64,000 nt of DNA from Klebsormidium nitens (Eukaryota > Plantae > Klebsormidiophyceae). The position numbers were made by a program, and so were the translations under genes. The stretch covers positions 124,001 through 188,000 of the forward strand of contig DF236985.1 of NCBI GenBank assembly GCA_000708835.1. The letters run 5' to 3'. Shown piece after piece: positions 12,673 through 22,552 of this stretch (position 1 is the stretch's first letter; every line of letters starts with the position of its first letter). A model generated the notes under the pieces. That model was not told the DNA's origin, searched no databases, and saw only the letters and a program-made list of their open reading frames with translations.

Positions 12673-13293
12673 ATGATGGAGGCATACCCCTACGAGATCC
12701 TGCCTGGACTGTGGATTGGCAATGCAGACGTGGCAAAGGCGGATGACACTCGCCACCAATATTCGCACGTGCTGAATATGGCAGCTGGATTGGAACCGCT
12801 GCCTTACGAGCAGCAGCAGTATTTGCACATAAAGCTCGAAGACTTGGATGACATCACCCCTCACCTGGACACGATCTACGCTTTCGTGTCCAGCGGGATG
12901 GACCATTCCGGTTCTGTTTTGGTGCATTGCGCAATGGGGAAGAATAGGTCGGCAGCTGCGTGTTTAGCGGTGCTTGCCAAGAGGAGGAAAATCAGCACAC
13001 AGAAAGCTCTCAAGTATCTGCAGAGCAAAGCGCCGTTCGCAAGGCCTGCGCTTTGGTTCCAACAGCAGGTAGCAGCGTGGTTGGGGGAGTCCTCCCCTGC
13101 TGACGGGGCGCTGGCTAAGTTCAAGCAGCGGCTTCAACTGCGCAAGTCTGGGAATGCTGTAGATCCTATGCAGTTGTACTACCAGCAAGTAATGAGCCAA
13201 CGCCAGAAGTCAAATAGCTCAGGGGAACAGGATAATAGCTCAGGTGAAAAGGATACAAGTTCAATTGTAGATTCGACAATGTTAGACTCTTAG
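12673..13293 (+). CDS. Atypical dual-specificity protein phosphatase (DSP), intronless, 206 aa
   Basis: PYEILPGLWIGNA start, HVLNMA, general-acid region IKLEDLDD, catalytic VLVHCAMGKNRSAA (HCx5R) and C-terminal RP..WF.QQ, the standard DSP layout. Confidence 0.88.
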   Translation: MMEAYPYEILPGLWIGNADVAKADDTRHQYSHVLNMAAGLEPLPYEQQQYLHIKLEDLDDITPHLDTIYAFVSSGMDHSGSVLVHCAMGKNRSAAACLAVLAKRRKISTQKALKYLQSKAPFARPALWFQQQVAAWLGESSPADGALAKFKQRLQLRKSGNAVDPMQLYYQQVMSQRQKSNSSGEQDNSSGEKDTSSIVDSTMLDS

Positions 13294-14496
13294 CTGCCAT
13301 AGGACATGTCGGTTCCTGTCTAACCTCTCTGGCAATTGATTGTTCGAACTCTAGTGCAAGTTGTACGTCACAAACACACAGGCACGTCCCTATCCATGAC
13401 AGTTATGGTGTAAGGATGTTGTATTTGAAAGCCTCATTGGATGGCAAGAGTGCAAGTTGCTCCGCTGAGTCCTTATGGTCTGTCTCAATCAACACTTTCT
13501 CTTCTAAAGATACTTGTGGCAACTTGCAAAGGAAGGTATACTCACTGTTCCAAAGCTCTTTTCGAAGCGTTTGAACATTGACACGCTTGTGGAGTGCCTC
13601 TCGAGTTCCGTCGACATATCGCACTCAGTTCCTCGCAGGTGAGTCCTTTTAACAACCACTTTCTGCATCCATCTTCTGTCTGCGCACAAGTTCTTTCAGC
13701 ACTTTAGCTGCCTTTTCTGTAAACGGAAGTGCTGAGCCAGCGCCCATGATCATGTATCAAACTTGTGTGCACTGCTTTCGATGTTACTTATATGATCGTT
13801 TGGTTGACAATCCTGAGATTATCTTGGGTTTCGTTTGGGTTGTGTGTGCAGGACACGCTCACGCAACAGTGGAAGCAATGGAAAAAGCAGGCAATTATGG
13901 AGGTAAGGTGCAGCTGGTGGCTCTTCCCAATACCATTCGGTAGCTGCAGCTGATCGTGTGCAGTCCGTGTGCAGAACAACGGCTCAGGTTGAGCAAGTAG
14001 GCATAGGGACAGGTTACACTTTCTGCCGGTATGTCAAGACTGCCCGTTATGTAATGAGCACATTTGGTGCAATCGTTAGCAGTTTGGCGGCAGTTTAGTG
14101 TTTGAAAGTGTTGAGGTTCAGCTCCTTGATTGGCTTGCTTTGTGTTTCAAGTACGACTTGAGGAGCTACATCTTGCTTTTAAGAGAGGACGGAAAGGGCG
14201 GAGCTGCAGGATGGACGGTCCATGAGCTCAGCGCATTGCTCATATTGGCGTAGCATGGCGCTCGCTAAGGAAGTAGGGGTTGTTATGTGGAGTTGAGTGC
14301 TTTCTTGGACACGGTACAGCAAACAATGCATATGGGTGCCAGACGGAAGGAGGTATTAGTCACTTATTCATTGATAGAGTTAATGTCTTGGTAGCTAGGA
14401 AGAGTCCCTTTTACCTGCCTTGAGCACAGTTGTGCTTCGTATGCATGATCACGCACTAGGGCCCCCTCTCACCTCCCACTTGTGCGTGTGCGGCAG

Positions 14497-14611
14497 ATAC
14501 CAGCTCGTGAACGGGCTGGAGCAGGTGTTGTACGACGTCTTCTCGCAGCACCTCGGCGTGGCGCGTGCCGCCACTGCAGCCATGCGCCTTGGAAACAATT
14601 TCCTGGGATCG
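14497..14611 (+). pseudogene. Isolated exon resembling the C-terminal part of a RETICULATA-RELATED (DUF3411) protein
   Basis: Bounded by ggcag| and |gtgagc. Reads (R)YQLVNGLEQVLYDVFSQHLGVARAATAAMRLGNNFLGS, like the RYQ..NGLE...R..NN..G end of DUF3411 proteins. No matching neighbouring exons found. Confidence 0.45.
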
Positions 14612-14882
14612 GTGAGCCCCCCCCCGTTTCTGTACATACATCCGGCCAAGAATGGCTTACATAATCTATGTACTTCTGGTCAGCGCAAGCGCCCAGGCAT
14701 TTCTTGCAACTGCCTCCTTGTGTGCAGCCCGGGCGGGGTGCCTGGCCGGGCCGCTGCTGACCGTGACGTGTTGTCTTTCGGCATGTGCAGCTCAACTACG
14801 TATGGCCTGCCCAGGCGACTCAGCTGGCCGTTCCCCGCTCGGAAGCTGGCTGCGCCCGTAGCCTGATTGGGCCGCTTGCAGC

Positions 14883-15320
14883 GAGGGGGTCGCGGGCCTG
14901 CTTTTGACCGAAGGGGACGAATCCGACTGATTGCAAGTATGCGGAATGGCGAAGGGAGGGAGGAGGACGGACGGAAGCCGATGGAGACGGAACGGNNNNN
15001 NNNNNNNNNNNNNNNNNNNNNNNNNNNNNNNNNNNNNNNNNNNNNNNNNNNNNNNNNNNNNNNNNNNNNNNNNNNNNNNNNNNNNNNNNNNNNNNNNNNN
15101 NNNNNNNNNNNNNNNNNNNNNNNNNNNNNNNNNNNNNNNNNNNNNNNNNNNNNNNNNNNNNNNNNNNNNNNNNNNNNNNNNNNNNNNNNNNNNNNNNNNN
15201 NNNNNNNNCGAGGGGGTCGCGGGCCTGCTTTTGACCGAAGGGACGAATCCGACTGATTGCAAGTATGCGGAATGGACAAGGGAGGGAAGAGGAGCGGTAA
15301 GCCGAATGAGCGGAACGGCA
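14883..15320 (+). repeat. Diverged tandem repeat of about 110 bp spanning an assembly gap (N 14996-15208)
   Basis: gagggggtcgcgggcctgcttttgaccgaaggg(g)acgaatccgactgattgcaagtatgcggaatgg starts at both 14883 and 15210. The downstream halves of the two units differ, so this is not a simple contig-end overlap. Confidence 0.7.
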
Positions 15321-17204
15321 CTGAAGGGAACGGAACGGAACGAGGAGCGGTGCGCAAGCAACAGGAGCTCGAGCAGAGGAAAGCGGAGGAGATCGCGCGC
15401 CTGCAGCGGGTCGGCGCGCAGCCCGCGTTCTCGGGGGAGGGCGTCCGGGGATCGGATTCCGGCGCCGGAAAGACCACCGGAATGCACACGGGGTCGCCTT
15501 TCTTGAAGCCGCACGAGGAGATGGACGAGCTGGCTCGAGGGGAACTAGACGTGGCGGAGGGGCTGGAGGAGCGGGGCGCCGGGGGAAGTGGCGTTTGGCG
15601 GGACCTGATGCTGCACCCCACACCGGTGGTCAAGCGGATGCTGCTCATTGGCTTGGGGTCCAACTTCTTTCAGCAAGTGAGCTGCAAGCTCGGCCGTCTG
15701 TCTTCCTCTCTTCTGGGGGTCAACCTTCGCCGCCGGTTGATTTCTGCGATCTTCATTATTCCTTTGCTATGGAGGAGTTTGGCAAGTAGCGGGAAGCGGA
15801 CTCTCAGCACGTTGTCTTGTCAGCGTGCTGGTTACCATAACGAAGACTCTGATTTTTCTCTGAGATAGCTTTTGCTGACGATGCACACGATGCAAAGTGG
15901 CAGATCCCTTTTTTTTGATCAGGAACAAAGAGCGACTGGGGGTAGCTATGTGAGATACCGGTTTCTTAGAAAGTCAAGGTTCGTTAAAAATAAATGCAAG
16001 TGTCGGGATCTGGTAGTAACTTCGACTAGCGAATAACGACGAGAGCAAGGAGCTACCGGAGAGGAGATAATATGTTCGAAAGACATTTTCCAGAACCTTT
16101 CTTAAGTGAGGAGCGGAGCATTGAGTACGGCTGTCATCTGCAGCCGCACGAGCTTGAACTTCGAGCTTTTCTAACAGACCCGTGACGTTTAAGTACCAAA
16201 AGCAACCTGCAACATTTTTCGCAGGCGACTGGTGTGGACGCGATTGTGTAATACGCTCCCGCCGTCTTCGCCCTCGCCGGAATAAACACCCGCGCGGGCG
16301 TCCTCGCCTCCACCATTGGGGTTGGGGCCGCCAAGGCCGGGTTCGTCTTGGTCGCCGTTTTCCTCTTGGACCGAGGCTGGGGAAGGCGATCACTCCTCCT
16401 CATGAGCGCGGTCGGTTGCACCGTATCCCTCCTAACCCTCGCCATCGGTTTCATGCTCCCGGGGGCGGCATGAACGGCGCCCACACGGCCCATGCTCCGT
16501 CGCCCGGTTCCGCTGTTCCGGTCGGGCAGGACGGAACGGGGTTCCTGCGGTCGCTCGCGCCGGTGCTGGCAGTGACCGCCACGTGTGCGTACATGGCGTT
16601 CTTCTCAACTGGGCTCGGGCCGGTGAATTGGGTTTTGGTTAGCGAGATTTTCCCGTCAAGGCTTCGAGCGCAGGCCATGGGGCTCGCGACCGTTGTGAAC
16701 CGCACGATCAGCGGAACTGTCTCCCTCACGTTCCTCAGCCTTGCGGAAGCAATCACCGCGGCAGGCACGTTTTTGCTCTTTGCGCTGATCGGGCTTGCCT
16801 CAGTGGTGTTCTTCTATTACGTGGTTCCGGAGACGCGGGGAAAGAGCTTAGAGGAGATAGAGAAGATGCTCGCGCACAAGGACGGCCTAGAAGCGGAAGT
16901 CACTGATGCTCCAACGGAATCGGACTCGTGGTCTAGTAGACTGTACCAAAGATTTACAGGAGGGTTTGCTCGAGCATACTCGGAGGTAGGGGATGCGGGC
17001 AAGGACGATAGCGTGAACGGGAACGATGAAGACCAGATGCCGGTCAAGAAAGATACCGGTGATACCCGCCGCATCAATAGGTTAGCAGCAGCTTCAGAGC
17101 AGGCGGAGGCTAGGTTAAGCTTGCGGGACAAAGTCAAGGCGATCGCACTGCGTAAAGAAAACGTTGGTCCTTCGGAATCGAGTAGGATGTTAGATGACCT
17201 GTAA
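15257..17204 (+). pseudogene. 5'-truncated, disrupted second copy of the polyol transporter
   Basis: Paralogous to the 3' part of exon 4 and to exon 5 of 6477-10927. TAT has become TAA at 16249-16251, a 1-nt deletion near 16458 (ctcggggg to ccggggg) shifts the frame, an in-frame TGA lies just upstream of 15257, and exons 1-3 are absent. Confidence 0.88.
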
Positions 17205-17964
17205 GTCTCGTAAATGCACGCCGCGCGCACTGATTTGATTTTGATTGTAGCTGATCAACTAAATTCAGCGAGCTTGCCCCGCCTGATTGCCCATGTTCAG
17301 CATCAATACATGCCGTCTAAGGACCAGCTTTCTGGCCATGTTCGTCAATGATCTTATGGATGCACATGCTCTTGTGAAACGATGCTGAGGTCGCGATGAG
17401 GGAGCACTATCAGCTTAAAGGATGGTGGACTGGCGCACACCTTGAGCAAACATGAATACATGTGCAACGCATCATGCATCATGAGGGACACTCGATCTGT
17501 ACCTAGTCTCGTATCTCATGCATCCGGGAATCCTCAGTTTGGCTGCATCGTATAACTCATGCTCAACCGAGGCGCACGGCATCTACATTATTGACACTTG
17601 CGATGTGCACAGCTGACAGCTTTTGTAGGCTTGTCTGCAAGCGGTCGGACAGCGACAGAGAGCCGGTACCGTATGGTTGAGATACAACGGCTTCTTGCTG
17701 GCCAACATATGTTGCAGCGCGAGCCTTCCATACACCGATTGCATGTGTTATTAGGAACACGGCACCATAGCTACAGGTTTCAATACCCTACGTAGCTGTG
17801 CCTCACGTGCCGGTCAATGCATCATCCGAAGCATCCTCTCGTCCGACAACGGCAGATGGTCTGTTGATCAAGCGATACGCAGCTCCGCAAAAACTCCCGC
17901 AAACATCTCCCCTTTCGTCGAAAACAGGCTAAGCAACAAGTCTCTCAGACCATCTCTCCAACAT

Positions 17965-20900
17965 TTACTGCCCGTACTTGAGCAGGAAGTCGTTGTTGAT
18001 GACCTTGAACGACAGGCGCGAGTGCCCGAGCGCGGCCATGCGCGCGCGCGCCACCTCCTTCTTGGGGCGCACCACGATGCCCTCTCGGAAATTATCAGTG
18101 CCCGGGTACTTTCCCCGGGCCTTCTCCAGGAGCTCCTCCAGGGTGTAGCCGAAGCCCTCCCCCTCCTCGAGGATGCGTACCGTGGGGATGTCGAGCACCC
18201 GGGCGGCCTCTACAAACTCCTGTGTACCATACAACGAATGTTCGCATTTATGTTGACATTTCTTTCAGAAGCAGGCAACGGTAGTTTAGAAGCAGGGCTG
18301 TCACAGCCGGCGCCGCCAGTCAGCTTTTCTGGGCTCCGAAGGAAGACTCGCCTTCCAGATCAAAAGATATTTCAACTTTTAGAGACAAGTAATGTCTGAG
18401 AGGTGCTTGCCGAGCGGTCGACCTGGGACTTCAGTTCGATCTTGTCAGGGACTGCAGTTGGATCTCGTCAGAGTTCTACTTCAGGCAAAAGAAGCGCAGA
18501 GTCTGGAGAATTCACCAGTGTCGAATGCTCACGAAGCTGCAGTGCCTTATACTAGACATCTCGTCGAGAAATCACAGGGAAATCACACTTAAACTAGAAG
18601 AGCTCGTCATATGCTTCTGTCTGTAAGTCATCAATCTCGTCTGTAAGTTATCATTCTCAATTGTTCCAAGCGCCCACTTGACCACTTGCCTCGTAGTCGA
18701 GGTAGCGCCGCTCCTGGATGGACCACACGTTGAACAGCGCGAGCTGCAGCGCTTTCGCGCGACACTTGTTCTTCTGGAGCCCCGGGCCGTGCACCTCTCC
18801 TTGGAGTATCCAGTCCGGGTTGCGCGCGAGCCGCTCGCGCAGATTGTACAGCTCGGCGACCGCCCAGAAGGCAGTCTGGGCCTTGCTCGTCTCGTCCTCC
18901 CGAGCGATGCCCAGGTTGCGCGAGCACACCTGCGCGCGGAGAATCGGAGTTGTCGAAGTGAAATTGTCAGGCTTATGGCCCTTCACCTCTCAGAGCTTAT
19001 AAGTCTGATCGTTCGTCGGATGAAGCGGACTGCTTCTCGTGGCTGAATTCTCGTAAGATCTCACAATCCAAAGAAAGGTTTTTGAGTCCTGTTGCGAGTC
19101 GAAATGGCTCCCGTTCCCCTATGCCAAAGCGCCTTACGGCTCAACGATCTAAGGAGGAAGCCGCCCTGAGCGGTCGTTGATATGACCTGCTTGCGCTAAG
19201 ATGAGGGCTCACAAGTTGTCCACCGGCTAAAAAATCCGGAAACTCGTCGTAAATCTTCCACAGGAAACGATACGTGCATCTTCCCCCACCGCAAACTATC
19301 TTGCACCTTCGACCAGGTATTTATCGTGCATTGCTCGACGAGCCTCAGGTTCTGCTCGTTACTAGAGTAATGACGGTCCAGATCCTGGATAATCCGAGTA
19401 AAGATGGCCACGTCTCGTGAGAGAGACCTCGGGTCGATCGCGAAATAGCAGAGGAAACAATCGGCGAGAAAAGTGTCACGTCACCTTGAGCTCCCCGTCC
19501 CAGAGGCCGAACGGCCCCGAGGCGCCGTCGACCTTTTCGGCGATGTAAAAGGGAAGACCCCGCAGGGCTTCCAGCAGCTCCAGGCTGCTTTGGACACGTG
19601 GCTCGTCCGTTTTGGAGGGGCCGCGGCCGCCGAACACGGAGGAAAAGGCGACGCCGCCACCTGCGGACGCGCGGGGTTTGGGGGTTTGAGGGTTTGCGGT
19701 TTGGAGTCGGGATGTGGGCTGTGGGGTTTGAAATGCGGTGATGCGCTTGAGGCGCTTCGAAGGCCCAGAAGAATAGATCTTGTAAGTGGCCAGTCAAAGA
19801 TAATCTTGCGCTCAAGGGGCTTTTAAAGGGGGAGGAAACGAAGCAGTGACGCTCAAACTGAGTGAATGCGTCAATTGTCCACTGAGCTTGCGAGGGATTT
19901 GTTGCGTCGATAGGAACTGCCGATAGGAACTGTCGATAGGAACTGCCGTCACTGATCCGAGCCTCGAGTTGCAAGATACAGAAAACGTCTGCGGCAACCG
20001 GTATCTGGTTACAGTAACTTATCAAGAGACATTCCTTGGTCACAATCTGCTATCTCTCTCGGAAGAGATAAGTGGTATTCGCAATGTCCAATCTCGAAAC
20101 CGCAGAACAAGAGCCCTTTGCTTTCAGAGCAACAAGGCTATCCTCGAATTTCTGTGCACGAGATAGATCTTTCAATAATATCATCGACAACGCAGCAGAG
20201 AACAGTGTGCTTACGTGGCATTGGGTAATTTCCCGGTTCCTCAAAGATCCGCTTCTCGATGCCCAGCGCGCGCGTCAGGTCCGCGCCCTCCACCCAGTCC
20301 CCCTCCCCGACCGGAAACTTGTCGCTCCGGGGGAGGAAAAGGCCCTGCGAAAGCTCCCCCCGCAGCTTCAGGGTCTTGATCTTGCGCTTCCGCTCGTCGA
20401 CGTTGTGCCACGTGGCCTCCGGCAGGATCGAATCGATCTCGAAGTAGACGCCCACGTCGCCCTCGCGGCTGTCGATAGGAACGACGACGCGCCACCCGCC
20501 GACTTCGGCGATGGCGAGACGGTCAGCGTTGGGGTGCGGGGAAACCTTGCCCAATTTTACGACCTGATTAATGAAACCAAAGAAGAAAGGTTAAGGATCG
20601 TAAACGTGGGGGAGGGTCGAGAGTATCTAGATACACTGCACCTGCTCTGGGGACGGAGGTCAAGGGTGTTCTGCGTTGGGGTGGGGCAAAACTTTGCCCA
20701 CTTTCGCGACCTGGCTAACGTAACCAGAGAAGGTTAGAAAACAAAGCGGAAGCTCAGAGCAACCAGATTTGATGCTTCTGCTGTTGAGGGCGATCGAAAT
20801 GCGTTCGTTCGGGTTAGGCTTTGCACAAATTCGCGAGCTGCTTTATGTATCAAACGTAAGACCCGTTAGGAACAGTGAAAGGTACTAAGAGTCTGACTCA

Positions 20901-22334
20901 GAAGCATAGCACCTGGTTCTGGATACTAGATTTGAGGGCGGCCAGCGTGGGGGAGAGGGAAGAGATCGTGCCCAGCCACACGACGCTGAATTGGCAAGCA
21001 GAAAGTAGCTGGAATGAACCCATTACAGGTGATTTGTGCTGGAACATTGGGAAAAGATGGGAAAAGGTCACGTAGGAAAAGTTACGTCAGATGATCTTCG
21101 TAAACGGACGTAACATGAGAACATACTTTCTGGCGGTGCGCCGTTAGGGTGGGGAATGACTCGCTCAGCTGACCGTACGTAAAGTAGGAGCGACATCGTC
21201 TGGTGAACATAAGGGAGTTGACCTGGCTTCTCTTGGTTTACTCCTCCATCGGTTCCAAAGAACCAGTCAACTTATGAGCAAACAAAGCGGGCTCAGAGTA
21301 GCCGTACAACGTACTTATTTGCGTCGACTGCTCTGATTGAAAAAAGCAAAGAGCAACTTGAAATATTCAGTATTTGGTCATGAGAACTTCCGTGAGGAGA
21401 AGCTGGCGTATATGAGACTCAAGGAGTATATGAAATTCAAGGAGTCACCGCAAACCCCCTTCTGATATTCTGGTAACGTCCAAAACGAGATAGTCGCAGA
21501 ATGGGAACAAAGTCCAACTCTCCAAAGAGTATCAGAATCGGACAGAAACCTGAACGACAGAAAACCTGAACAAAAGCTTTGAGATGTCACGTGGCCATAA
21601 TCTAAATGGAAAATGGCAGACAAGCAGGCTGTTTGAAACGCAGACAGTTTCGAAGTCAAATTGCTGATTACCTTCGCCATCGAGCGAGAGCTCTCATCAA
21701 GATCCAGCTGGTTCAGAGCCGCAAGGTCAGCTGCTTCTCCCATACTTTTGTTCCCTTCGACGATCCTGGAAGCCTCCATCTTGCTCTCGGTTACACTTCC
21801 GTTCTCTTCCGCGGTTTTGTTCAGCTCCTCCACGATCTTTGGAGCTTCCATGTTGCTGTTTATCTTCTCTGCAGCACTTTTGTTCTCCTCACCCAGCTTG
21901 CTTGCGTCCATAGTACTGCTGCTCTTTACCCCAGTTTCCTGCTCTTCAGCGATTGCAACAGGTGCTTTGCTTGCGTCATGAAGATCATGAGTGGAGCTTT
22001 TGTCTTCGTTTGGCGCCATTAGTACAGAGGGGATACTAGTACAGAAGCTGCGGCGTCTTTGTTGCGTTCCAGGTAAATGACGCTGAGCAGCAACGCCGCG
22101 CGCCCTGTACTGCAGCTCTGTGTCGAACAATGTTCGCAGCAAGCTGCAAAACTTCCGGCGTTTTAGCTCAGGGCTTGCACAACCTTGGAACAGTGTGCGC
22201 TGTACTACTAGCAAGCCTGCCTGACGGGAACCGTAACAACCATACAATGCAGCACTGCTGTGCAGCTTCATAAAAGCTGCGCAGCCAGCGACGCTCGGCT
22301 TGCCGAGACATGAGCTGAACTGACCGAAAACCAT
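17965..22334 (-). CDS. ATP-dependent RNA ligase of the Rnl5/DRB0094 type (OB domain + nucleotidyltransferase domain) with an organelle-targeting-like N-terminal extension, 5 exons, 560 aa
   Basis: Exons 21672-22334, 20215-20563, 19485-19660, 18690-18929 and 17965-18219 join in frame (1683 nt). OB domain: RSMAKVVKLGKVSPHPNADRLAIAEVGGWRVVV...GDVGVYFEIDSILPE...IKTLKLRGELSQGLFLP. Then KTDEPRVQ, motif I EKVDG, Ia VCSRN, III LQGEVHGPGLQKN, IIIa LFNV, IV REGIVVR and V SFKVINNDFLLK. Confidence 0.88.
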
Positions 22335-22552
22335 GATGACTAGACACGAGTGGACTCCAAAGTGATGATCCTGTTAAGAGGAGAAGTGACGGATACGTTC
22401 CAAGGCTTGTTGAGTCATGAACAACACAATGTGCCGGTCTGTCCAATGCACTGTCCATTGCAGTAATATGAGCAGCTACGTCAGGGCTACGTCACTGTTC
22501 TCCGCTATGTCACGCTGCAGCGTGTAACCGCTTGAGTAGACTCAGTAGTCCT

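Noticed and set aside
13403-13943. Short coding-looking ORFs downstream of the DSP
   Set aside because: Stops in every frame and no family match I can support.
20072-20737. 221-aa plus-strand ORF
   Set aside because: Antisense shadow of RNA ligase exon 2 and its decoy copy.
20913-21023. Possible alternative first exon for the ligase (MGSFQLLS...SIQNQ|gtgc, minus strand)
   Set aside because: Phase-compatible, but the donor is weak and the 21672 exon restores the family's conserved N-terminal motif much better; needs RNA evidence.
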